64,000 nucleotides of DNA from a virus (taxonomy: Duplodnaviria; Caudoviricetes): the IMG/VR virus record IMGVR_UViG_3300028591_000071; one strand, written 5' to 3'. Numbering within the stretch: position 1 is the stretch's first letter; every line of letters begins with the position of its first letter. A program made the position numbers and the translations under genes. Below, one piece after another: positions 21,601 through 30,900 of the stretch. The notes beneath the pieces were generated by a model. The model worked only from the letters and a program-made list of their open reading frames with translations. It had not been told where the DNA came from and ran no database searches.

Positions 21601-24600
21601 CACTGAAAATTCAAGAGTGGCCTCGCTTCCATTAGCGTCAGTAACTATTATCTTATGCTGTCCAATACTTAAGGTAAAACCTTCAATATCATTTTCATCT
21701 TCATATATATGCCTCTCGCCGTCTATGTTAATGATTAAAGGTGGCTCCATGTTACGGACATAAGGCACAACCAATGATGTACCATCACAAATCGAAAAAT
21801 CATCGACAGAAACATAAATCGATGGCTGCCTTTGTGATAAGGTTGATGTCTCGCACTCAGAGAAAAACTGTTTGTTAAACTCATCAAGAGCCGTAGAACC
21901 ATCCCTTAATCCAAAATAGAAATAGAAACTATTTTCATACTGAGGAAGATACATGATTCCGTTCTTGTCTTTGCCGAACTGCCTTACGTGTCTTTCCTTG
22001 AGTTTTTTAACATCATCATATGTCAAGCCGAACCTGAACATATAATAATCTATGCTCGGGAATTCTATGGTCCTTGTCTTCGTATTGGCTGTTTCGTTTT
22101 CATCGTAATCATCCCTTGTATTGCCTGGTAGGATGCCAAATTTGCTCAGCCAATTACTTTCTTCCTTAACGCTCGTTATTTTCTGGTTATAAGGCGTTGA
22201 AACACCGGCATACTTAGTAAATTCCCCATTGAAATTTATTGGGTTGGAATGCTGAAAATCATAAACCTTATATCCGTTGTCGGGATTAACCTTATCTGCA
22301 ATCAATCTGTTCTTGTTCATTGTCGCAAACATCTTGCGGAAATCATCATCTATGATTTCCTCGCCGGAAATAAAGCCCGTAGGTGCGATATACGTATATT
22401 CCATCTTGGTGTCTCCGTCATTCTCATTCACATCACGGACTTCTTCCCTCCTCTGTGACATTGAAACCCCAAGTTCACATATTCGTTCAAGATTAATGCA
22501 TGACTTTATGTTTGTCTGTGAATTGACGCAAGATAGCCCAAGGAAATGCCCACCGGGATAATACAACTTATTTTTGTCAATCTTCCCCTGTCCAGGACCT
22601 GTATAATTCCATGCAATTCCAGCGGATTCCGTCATGGCGATAGTGTCACTAGGGTCATCATACTGAGTATCATAATTTTCACTTGCGCCGCTGAAAAATT
22701 TCAGTTCGTTATAAAGAGCGGTGTCACCCGAAATCGGTATGACCCTTACCGGTTTCTCAAGTTCAGACAATTCTGTTTTTTCCGTTGTTTGATTTCCCGT
22801 TGAACATATTGTTCCCTTATCACCATATGAATAAAGCGGCCCGCTCTCTTCCATATTTGTGAGAGCAAGGTTTGTCGGCATGATATATGAAGACCCAACA
22901 AGATGCTTGAACGCTTGCGGTATTCCATATAAATCACAATTGTTGAGTGAACCAAGAAGAACTATATCGGTAGCAAAGAGATTTATCTTCCTGTGGAGAG
23001 GAGATGTGTTGTTCGTCCATTCACAAGGTTTGAAATAATACACATGGTGTCCGTAAATAGTCTCCTTCTCATGGCAGATACCCCCATTTTTCTTAAAAAT
23101 GGTTTGTTGGGTAAGTCCTCTTTTCTTATGAAGGTTATTGGATTTGACGATTTCTTTATCCCCCCAAAGGGATGTTGTCACCTTTGAATATGTATTGTAA
23201 TTACCGACCCTCTGTCTCTCAAAGCCCATTGAACACATCTGTGTATAGCGTCTTGACTTTGAGAAAGTCTTGGTGTCATCCATACAACCCTTTATCTTAG
23301 CCCTTGCTACGGTGATACCAAGAAACTTGCGTTTTTTTCTCATATATCTCACGAACCTAGGGACATATATGAGACCGTTAATCCAATCATTATAGAAGTC
23401 AAAATTAATTACCTTATATTCCTGTGCAAGGTTCATCTCAATGCAGGAAATAAGATAGTCGGTCCTAATTGTCAAGCACGTCGCCTTATCGTCCGTATCC
23501 TGATTTTGGTCATCTATTGACTCCTTATCGTCATCCGTAGTGATGCCCGTTAATGTTTGTTTAAGGAGATTATATGGCTCTAAACCTTTAGGCGGGTCAG
23601 ATGTTGTCCAAAGGTTTTTGAGAAACATTGGTGCAAAATACCAATTCTCTAAGTCAGGACATAATCCCTCGTCAATTACATTCATCTTAAGGGTTAGCGC
23701 CTTTCTGTATTGTTTCTTAAATGGATGCCACGTAATTAACTTGGATTTTCCCAACTTATTTAGGACATAATTTGGTAAGGCCCGAAGAATACCTCCCGCT
23801 ATATCAATTTCTCCAAGGCCAGCCAGGAAGTTACCAAACGCTGAAATAACCGTATTAACAACTCCGGTCACCTTTATGAATGCCTTAACCAACAAGCATA
23901 TCACCTTGAACATGAACGGCAACCTGATTCTAATGTTGTTGTACGGCATCGGATTATTTCCGCCAAAGTTTTGTACATGCTTGATGCCTGAGAATTTATC
24001 CTCTTTCCATCCGCCCACCTTTCGTTTCTGAAAACGCGGGATATATGACTTTACCGTGTAAACATTGTTCCAAAACAAATCCCTGAATGATTCATCCTTG
24101 GTATAAGTTCCGAACTCGTAATCATAATCCTCATGGTCAACGCCATCCAAATTCTGCGGATTGTGCGGAACAAGAACCTTCGGCCTGAAGAAATTCTCGG
24201 TATTCAGTTCCATATCCTGAAGGGATATCCTGAACCTTACCCTTGTCCTTGTAGGAATACCCTTGTCCGGGTTGTCGGTAGGAACCATATTCCCGTATTC
24301 GTCGGTAATCATATAATCAAGATTCATAGGAATCTGATAGCACCAAATTCCGTTTCCGTCAATCAACTCCGTTCCCTTGACCTGAAATTCCTCGACACTC
24401 CCGCCATAGGTCTTCCTAATCATCTCGATGGTTCCCTTACCCGTAACCAATTCGTCCATATTTCCCATACTTGGGGTCGGGATACACTTCTTCGAAATAC
24501 CATTCGACGCATTGTCGCCTGCAATACACCCCATGAAAACACAAGTAGGCTCAAACTTGTACGCTACGTCAATGTCCGCCCTTGTGATTCCAATGGTTTC

Positions 24601-25296
24601 ACCCATTCCTTCGTTCCCCCAAAACGGCTGTACATACACGGTCTTGTCCTGGGTGAATATTTGGCTCAGATTAGTGTATGATGTTCCCGTCTTGAACATA
24701 TTCGGATTCTCGAACTGTTCCACGGTATAACCCTTGTAGATAAAGTCCCTCGGCCTTTGTGAAAGGATTCCACAATCGGACAGGTCAAGGTCCATGTGTA
24801 TCGTATGGGTTCCCGTAGGAACACCGCAAATCATATAGTCGCCCGCATTGTTTGTTCTTGTGGTATATTTGTAATACTTCTCAAATACCTCCATGATAAC
24901 GTCGTTATCGAGAAGATATCTTTTATTCGGAAACGTACCGACAATCTGATGGCAGTCACCGACCTTCTCATCCGGAAGAAGATTATATCTTACCCCATCC
25001 GAGCCCCTGCTGACGCTTGACGAATAGGAGTAAATTTTTTGCATCTCCTCGCTGTCAACGGAATCGGCACTGATGAATATGCTTATCTTGGCATTCGGTA
25101 CGCCAAATCCGCCGTTCGCCTGCACCCTTCCCGCAACGACGCCGTAATTGGAATTATGAAGACGATACACATCCGAACTTGTCAGTTTCATTGACAATAT
25201 ATCGAATGTGTCATAATCCTGTTCAAGGTTAACGCTTACGTAGGTATCATTACCTATCGTCGTCTTTATCCTATATGACTTGCTGTTCTCCGACAT
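18649..25296 (-). CDS. Very large baseplate/tail-tip protein (2215 aa) with a hydrophobic segment and C-terminal BACON-like domain
   Basis: N-terminal carboxypeptidase-regulatory-like region (GVVAGRVQANGGFGVPNAKISIF...TTRTNNAGDYMICGVPTG); hydrophobic FMFKVICLLVKAFIKVTGVVNTVISAF; BACON-like SITVYPNENEEERERKIELTW...LVIYQRG. Confidence 0.6.
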   Translation of the reverse strand: MSENSKSYRIKTTIGNDTYVSVNLEQDYDTFDILSMKLTSSDVYRLHNSNYGVVAGRVQANGGFGVPNAKISIFISADSVDSEEMQKIYSYSSSVSRGSDGVRYNLLPDEKVGDCHQIVGTFPNKRYLLDNDVIMEVFEKYYKYTTRTNNAGDYMICGVPTGTHTIHMDLDLSDCGILSQRPRDFIYKGYTVEQFENPNMFKTGTSYTNLSQIFTQDKTVYVQPFWGNEGMGETIGITRADIDVAYKFEPTCVFMGCIAGDNASNGISKKCIPTPSMGNMDELVTGKGTIEMIRKTYGGSVEEFQVKGTELIDGNGIWCYQIPMNLDYMITDEYGNMVPTDNPDKGIPTRTRVRFRISLQDMELNTENFFRPKVLVPHNPQNLDGVDHEDYDYEFGTYTKDESFRDLFWNNVYTVKSYIPRFQKRKVGGWKEDKFSGIKHVQNFGGNNPMPYNNIRIRLPFMFKVICLLVKAFIKVTGVVNTVISAFGNFLAGLGEIDIAGGILRALPNYVLNKLGKSKLITWHPFKKQYRKALTLKMNVIDEGLCPDLENWYFAPMFLKNLWTTSDPPKGLEPYNLLKQTLTGITTDDDKESIDDQNQDTDDKATCLTIRTDYLISCIEMNLAQEYKVINFDFYNDWINGLIYVPRFVRYMRKKRKFLGITVARAKIKGCMDDTKTFSKSRRYTQMCSMGFERQRVGNYNTYSKVTTSLWGDKEIVKSNNLHKKRGLTQQTIFKKNGGICHEKETIYGHHVYYFKPCEWTNNTSPLHRKINLFATDIVLLGSLNNCDLYGIPQAFKHLVGSSYIMPTNLALTNMEESGPLYSYGDKGTICSTGNQTTEKTELSELEKPVRVIPISGDTALYNELKFFSGASENYDTQYDDPSDTIAMTESAGIAWNYTGPGQGKIDKNKLYYPGGHFLGLSCVNSQTNIKSCINLERICELGVSMSQRREEVRDVNENDGDTKMEYTYIAPTGFISGEEIIDDDFRKMFATMNKNRLIADKVNPDNGYKVYDFQHSNPINFNGEFTKYAGVSTPYNQKITSVKEESNWLSKFGILPGNTRDDYDENETANTKTRTIEFPSIDYYMFRFGLTYDDVKKLKERHVRQFGKDKNGIMYLPQYENSFYFYFGLRDGSTALDEFNKQFFSECETSTLSQRQPSIYVSVDDFSICDGTSLVVPYVRNMEPPLIINIDGERHIYEDENDIEGFTLSIGQHKIIVTDANGSEATLEFSVGAGVIGGSFEKYDFNKIWQNTSRGGGSIFEGGYILGTDVKINIPEDDEETEISDLKLVAVAEGGNPAGNAEKSVTVVEGGDTYLYLNSANTPYDIYVSYRCNGGNAVYLKISSFTLLDTSTLNLTMGPVLATEYKELAGDAMTPDNWWRSYLEDTTGSFLAWDIKKSILYPYGKLVPFSSHVRPINGLKWLFGSPQSVNGVYINENEPISSAEYDIAIPDGYSLDDDASYYATLTINEKPERPIYNYNAMTVNDSMVCGNYASTITNKNGMTKALDASSSLLREGDGCIFKPVPYGNVMPAYVNPGGGSITLFGDDDEGGLYENGVVYPTINYPVIKKHFEVKVNYFEIMDTKLEMVTDTDGISKPTAVSEIRGEKIEADIMNGVTFKQCFAGDSYITGIYNRSDNSDNEGKTQINVGPLPDYMGLTANRSKQVSGFTDERIDDPSFGITEGFPYYVHGNDILAYKILDTDTLYENYNAYKAEAVSVELKMGSAFHNTMYYQLVGNDEIRLWGDSEGGYDNITYYLVPFEGRSDDIFYEDNYKYVPTYPRISLFNSPKMLYVLGYFEEGAIYDTYGGDIIIQIADEGRKIKAYLPWTEETDDGDSDNGESDYKIHAIKVSKQNRIRIGDLERYLAEASASTMNMPPEKGKPKIGFRKSIKILSTVVSGGTWSMSKAIKSRLDRSSAIVPGEPMSTRGADRFIVIGVQHFEDENGNANGNVYRIYLDPVASNTLEGRYALALFIDNPSDENAITMVTVGSSGETVEIYAKVFSAATDYTISPTSESNFFDITYGGGSTDADGTQYVPVSITVYPNENEEERERKIELTWQGPPTGTTTLVIYQRGGHPGEGGEGDDGEQSDFISPSVEIEKINDSNDEFVVASAEYGKNIEYIKLTSLPMIEVKNITGSVSFWYTINGNMVSREVTASSLTTGLLEIPLSGSNPLSINSNRFDLVLHCWIFGEGSYEILIKNTQKATYKYKFEQ

Positions 25297-25531
25297 TCTT
25301 ATTCAACCTGAATATTTTATCTAAAACGATGTGCTCGCCCCTTACCGCTTTTACAATGACATAAACAACCATAAACGGTATAACCGGTATTAACATCAGA
25401 CATATGAAGAGATTTTCAATCTTTGCTAAGACGCTTCCTCTTATATTCGTCTTCTTGTTCTTCGGCAGATTGTCCCCGTATTTCTTATGTAAGTAATCTA
25501 TCTGTTGATTTACCTTGCAAGCACACGCCAT
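25271..25531 (-). CDS. Small membrane protein (86 aa) with N-terminal CxC
   Basis: MACACK start; one strong hydrophobic helix LFICLMLIPVIPFMVVYVIV; fills the gap between two baseplate genes. Confidence 0.6.
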   Translation of the reverse strand: MACACKVNQQIDYLHKKYGDNLPKNKKTNIRGSVLAKIENLFICLMLIPVIPFMVVYVIVKAVRGEHIVLDKIFRLNKNVGEQQVI

Positions 25532-25532
25532 A

Positions 25533-27401
25533 TTATCTTTCCTTTATCCTTACTATAATGTCCGTTCCCGGATTCTTGATTTCAACCATAGTATCGCCAT
25601 CGTTATATATCACGCCATCCGTCACTTCCAAATCCAATATCTCTTCGCCCTCATCATTGATTGCAATAGGCTGCGACGGGGATGTTTGCGAATATCCGTC
25701 ACCCGCACCGTTCTTAGGGGATATCTCGATGCCAATCAAGTTTATGACACCGTCAACCTTTGATACTTCCTTTTCAAGGTCTCCGACATATATCTCTTCG
25801 CCCATCATATGGTCATTGATGTCGAAATATGTACGAACGGTTTTTATGATGTTCTTGACAACATCAGACTTATTGTAATTCTTGTCTATGATGGCGTCAA
25901 CCTTCACCCCGACATTGATTATCCGGCCGGCTTTTATCTCAACGAAATCATTAATCATCCTATACCTTTCAAGATATCTCTCGATATTCTTTATGAGTGT
26001 TATAGGAAGCAGGTCGCTGAGTTTCCCCTCGTTGTCAAGCCCAAGAAGATAGACTGCAATCTTGTTATTTTCTTCTGCAACGCCAACCCTGAACGGGGTT
26101 CCATATCTCGGAGGCATATTCAGAATCCTGTCAACATAATCCTTGACCGTGACACACCTTTCCTGTGCGGCATTATGGTACTTAATCAAATATCTCAACT
26201 CCGCGTTTGACGGCATATCCTTTCCTGAAACGGACGGGGTTGTATTAATGACACTTATTGCGTGTCTTTCGCCCCTATACTCAACGTTCAATTGTGAAAT
26301 CCTGCTTATGGCCCCCGCGGCAACGTTGCTTGACGCACCGCCGCCTACCCTGTAAAGAACATATACGGTACTGTTGGCATTAGGAAGGACACCAAGTGCA
26401 TTGTTGTTGAGAATCCTCGTTATTTGCCACTTTGAGAAATCCGACATCCCGTCCCCGATATTGACGTTTCCAACACCGGAGCCGAAAATTATCTTCAAAT
26501 AGCCATTGTCAGTGTATTCCGTAATGAATTTGTGCGAAACAGGCTCCCATTTACCCTTCGTTACGCAATATATCGGCTTTCCTGATGACGAGTAATAATA
26601 ACGCTTGGCTATATTTGTTTTCTCGTCAATATCATCAGTCCATCTGTCGGGCTGTGCAAGGTTGTCAACTTCGAAAAACCTTGTGATAAGTCCCTCGCAA
26701 ACAATCTCTCTGTTGTCATAGAACTGTCCATATGAAGGAACATTGTCTGTTGACTTACCCTCAGCAATAAGGACTGATTCGACGTTCATTACATTTTCAG
26801 CCGGAAGGATAATCTCCATAAATGGCTTTATGTCCTCAGGTGAAAGGCTCTGTCTGTATATCCTCGTGTCTCCCGCAACGACAACGGCAAGTTTGGATAC
26901 GGTATATCCCGTTATTACGCCATTGGTGTTAACATTTGGAACTATGGTCCTGTCGCTGACGCCATCATCGTTGAACTGAGACTTGAAGTCCACATCGTAG
27001 AGCAATTCGAACTGCTGTGATGCGGAACCAACCTTCGTTCCCCTCTTCACTATCGGCGCTTCTTCCCAATTAGGGTACTGCCCGTTTGCCGGCAACTGAC
27101 AAGAAAACCTTACCTCGGCCATTGAACCCTTCGGCCCCGGTATTTTCACTCCGTTGTTCCTTGCAATGTTATAGAGTGATGCACGTTCATTTGCGCTGTC
27201 AATATTCGTTTCCTGATAAACCCTGTCAATATGATACGAAAGGTCATCGGCAACCGCAGCATTGATTCCTATAAGCCACGCTGCAACTGAAGCGTCATCG
27301 TATGTTACATTGAATTCAGGAAAATACTTCTTTGAATATTCCACCAACGCCCTTCTGTAATCGGCGTATGTCCTGTTTAAATATGATATACCCTTTTCCA
27401 T
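25533..27401 (-). CDS. Baseplate wedge subunit (T4 gp6 / baseplate J-like)
   Basis: ISYLNRTYADYRRAL..., DDLSYHIDRVYQE, IIFGSG, LYRVGGGASSNV, AQERCVTVKDY. Confidence 0.85.
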   Translation of the reverse strand: MEKGISYLNRTYADYRRALVEYSKKYFPEFNVTYDDASVAAWLIGINAAVADDLSYHIDRVYQETNIDSANERASLYNIARNNGVKIPGPKGSMAEVRFSCQLPANGQYPNWEEAPIVKRGTKVGSASQQFELLYDVDFKSQFNDDGVSDRTIVPNVNTNGVITGYTVSKLAVVVAGDTRIYRQSLSPEDIKPFMEIILPAENVMNVESVLIAEGKSTDNVPSYGQFYDNREIVCEGLITRFFEVDNLAQPDRWTDDIDEKTNIAKRYYYSSSGKPIYCVTKGKWEPVSHKFITEYTDNGYLKIIFGSGVGNVNIGDGMSDFSKWQITRILNNNALGVLPNANSTVYVLYRVGGGASSNVAAGAISRISQLNVEYRGERHAISVINTTPSVSGKDMPSNAELRYLIKYHNAAQERCVTVKDYVDRILNMPPRYGTPFRVGVAEENNKIAVYLLGLDNEGKLSDLLPITLIKNIERYLERYRMINDFVEIKAGRIINVGVKVDAIIDKNYNKSDVVKNIIKTVRTYFDINDHMMGEEIYVGDLEKEVSKVDGVINLIGIEISPKNGAGDGYSQTSPSQPIAINDEGEEILDLEVTDGVIYNDGDTMVEIKNPGTDIIVRIKER

Positions 27402-27404
27402 CTC

Positions 27405-27794
27405 TTAAAGTTTTATTGATACGGTTGTATCTTCTATCTTATTACCGATTGTTACTGAATATGACAGCGAAACGATTACCCCGTTTTCTGAAGTCTCGTC
27501 ACTGTATACCGTTATGTCCTTGAATTTTGCCGCAGGCACATACTTGTTGACCTGTCTTGTTATCTCGCCTTTTATTTCCGCATATGATTCATCATCCTTC
27601 GGACCGAAAATATAGTTGATTAGATTCGTCCCGAAATCAGGATTCCTTACCATCTGTCCCCTTGGCGTAAACACGACGTGTACCACCTGTGACTTTATGC
27701 TTTCCGAATAGGTTTTATTGACATCCATATAGATATTGTCAATGTTGTTATTCGAAAATGGATATTTTATTCCATATGTCTGTCCTTTAACCAT
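27405..27794 (-). CDS. Baseplate wedge protein, GPW/gp25 family
   Basis: YGIKYPF...FTPRGQMVRNPDFGTNLINYIF motif; directly upstream of the gp6-like gene. Confidence 0.85.
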   Translation of the reverse strand: MVKGQTYGIKYPFSNNNIDNIYMDVNKTYSESIKSQVVHVVFTPRGQMVRNPDFGTNLINYIFGPKDDESYAEIKGEITRQVNKYVPAAKFKDITVYSDETSENGVIVSLSYSVTIGNKIEDTTVSIKL

Positions 27795-27811
27795 CTATAA
27801 ACGATTTTTAC

Positions 27812-27819
27812 ATAAATAG
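27812..27819 (-). promoter_or_regulatory. Putative late-promoter motif CTATTTAT heading the baseplate operon
   Basis: 17 nt upstream of the gp25 ATG; recurrent motif. Confidence 0.6.
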
Positions 27820-27874
27820 TAATGAGCATATTTTCACTCTCCTTAAAATAAAGACTTAATCGCTAATAGTGAAT

Positions 27875-27901
27875 AAAAAACGCGGTCAAAAAACCGCGTT
27901 T
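27875..27901 (-). terminator. Rho-independent terminator ending the glycosyltransferase operon
   Basis: Stem AAACGCGGT/ACCGCGTTT with a T-tract on the minus strand. Confidence 0.7.
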
Positions 27902-27904
27902 CCA

Positions 27905-30900
27905 TTAAGTGTACATTCCTTCTTCCTGTTTTTCATATGGAATCTTCAAAATCTTCTCGTCCTTGAAATTATGCTGCAGCCATAATGTCCAAACTCTCTC
28001 TGAAAGGAATCCGAGAATCGAGCATTGCCACTTGAACGCCCTCTCAGGTATGTTCCTGTTTCCCTCATATCTCGGGTATTTTCCCACTTCGAGGTTATAC
28101 TTCACGTGTTCCTCAAGTTCTTTCTGCGAATGGATGCCCGTCATCGTAAGATATCCGTCAAGACACTTGAACAAGAACTCACAGTATCTGTCATAGTCCT
28201 CGGCTTTCATTATGAACCCGTTTGAATAATATAGGTTCGGCCCGTTCTTGATGTATTTGTCGTAGTCTTCCGCATAATCAGGGTAGAACGCCTTTATAGC
28301 CATCTCCAACACATAGAGGTCATCAACGCAGTTTGAGAAAGCATAGCCCTGCTCTACGGTATCAGCGGGTATGACCATCGGCTCTTTCTCTGTAGGTGTC
28401 TTGTGGTCAGGATGATAGAATGGCTCGCAAGTAATCACATCATACTTCTCAAGCGTTTTCTCGATATCAAGTTCCGTAATCCCGCTGAACGGCCTTCTGT
28501 ACTGCATCTGTCCCTTAATCTTCGCATCATGGACATTCTTCCAAATCCAATATGTTCCCGTATTCTCGATATAGAGATAATTCTTGTCGGAAATATTATC
28601 TCCCGTATTGTCCTTCGTCCTGCAGACATCTGTTCCGTTTGCCGCCCCAACCTGCAGCGGCGTGATGCAATCGGTGTTGATGAATTCGAAATTCTTCTGC
28701 GCATAACATAGTGAATAAACCTTGATATCGTCTCTCTTCGGCACTATTGCTTCTTCCTTCGGGAGGAGATAACTCATATCGATTCCAAGTTCGTCCTTGA
28801 ATATCTGCACCTTTTCCTTAGTCACCTCGTTGGTTCTGAAGAAACGGGTTTCAATAAGGTTCTTTACGCGGCTTCCGTCCCACAATTGGTCAGGGAAGCC
28901 CCTCCTCATCTTTTCGCAATATTCTCTTGCCGTCTTTGTCGTATAATGCCTGAATGCTGCGATTTGGAAATCAACCGGAGCAAACGGGGACTCTGAATCA
29001 ACGTGAAAACCCACATTGTTGCAACATCTTAGATTGTTCGGCGACGGTGTGTGGGTAAATCCCTTTCCTTCCCACTTTATATCGTCAAGTCCGCCCCTAA
29101 TGATTGAACTGACATGCATATCCTCAGGGAAATTATAGGCAATGCACCTGTCTGCGGGAATAGGGTCGGGAAATCTTACCCACAAGGGCTCATCAGTGAC
29201 ATCGGTCTTCCCGCAGTCTCCGAATGTCATAAGGTTTACGTGAATCATGTCGTAATTTCTGAACTGCGGCATCGCAAGATATTGACCGACGGTCATCTGT
29301 CTTGCAAACGTAAGATATTCATCACCACAGTCAATGAAGAGAATCCAATCGTAATCGTTCTTCATCTCCGCATAACAATCAGTATAACACTTCAACTGAA
29401 TGACCTTCTGCCCGCGAACATCGACGATTTCAACAAAACCATCATTGATGTAATCACCAATGACATCTTCGAAACGTTCCCCGTCAGGGTCGTTATTGTC
29501 ATAAATCCTAATGTGTGTAATTCCAAGATTCCTGTACCACTCCACATAATGGCGGACATATCTGTTCTCATTCTTTCCGATGCAGCAAATGAGTGTCTTA
29601 ATCTCTTCTGCCGTCTTGTATTTCGGTTCCTCGATTCCAAGTTCAGGGAAACGCTGCATAAACCTCTTCCTTTCCTCTACGGCTTCGGTATTCGGGTAAG
29701 ACACCCCTTGTGGATGGAAAAGTGTCACGGTATCATCAATAACCGTCTTAAGCCCCATCTGTTTTGCAAGATAATAATGAGCCTCGCCGCCCCATCCGTA
29801 CTTGTTATCCTCGAAATTTTGGAACGGATAGATACGGTCTGCAATATCCTTCCTTACTAGACGGAACCACCCTTCAGCACCTTCAACCACACGGAAGCCG
29901 TTCGAGCCCTGTTTGAACTGATGTAGATTCTCAGCAATGAATCTCGTCTGTCCCATACATTTTGACCCAGGCTCTGCAGACGGCTCATAAACGCCGACAT
30001 CATTTGACTGTACTACCTTCTGCACCGAATTGATGAGTGCCGTCACATATTTCTCGTCTCGCATCTCAACATCGGAATCAACGGTCATCATCCACTTCGT
30101 TCCGTCTTCCACCATCTTGTTGTAGGTTATAATCCTCTGTCCACCATTGTAAACATTATGTTCCAAAAGGATATGCGGGTCATTGCCGAACTCCCCGAAA
30201 GGATTGCCAAGACCGTTATCAAGGCACTTCGTATCAATAATATATGTATCAAAATAATCCTTGAACCTACGATACCATAATGCAGCGTTCTCGTCATTAC
30301 CATAGTTAAGGATTGCGAATGTCACTTCGGTTTTAAGGTTGCCGAACGCATCATAATCTATGAACTGTTTCCAGAATTCCCAATCGTATCTCTTGTAAGC
30401 GTGGCATCCAAATGGAAGTTTGTTCCCGTTTTGCTTGTATTGAATCGAAGGGGAAACCTCAAGCGAGAATAATGATGCCTCCTGAGGGGTAGGGATATTG
30501 AGAGATTTGTCAAAATTAGCCGCAAAGAATCCGTCATCGGTTCCTTCGTGCGGAAGCCCCTTGCCGAGGAATTTCTTAAGGTATGTTATAATCGAATCGA
30601 TTTTCCTGAGTGAAAAACCTCCGTTGCCAACGAACAGCCCCCTGTCAGAGAACCACTTTACGAAAAACGGCGCACCGATATAATCATATCCTTTGTCGCA
30701 CCACATATCGAGTTCGTCACGGAAAACCCAGCAATCGGTCTGATAAACCAACATATATTCGTAGTCCGCAAACCTCTCGTAAAATTCGACGGAATTCATA
30801 AGCCGTCCATAATCAAGGCGTGATTTGAAATAATCTGCCTTAAATCTCTCAGAAGCCCATGTCTCGCCTAATGGAAATGAATATTCCTGAACATCCATTC

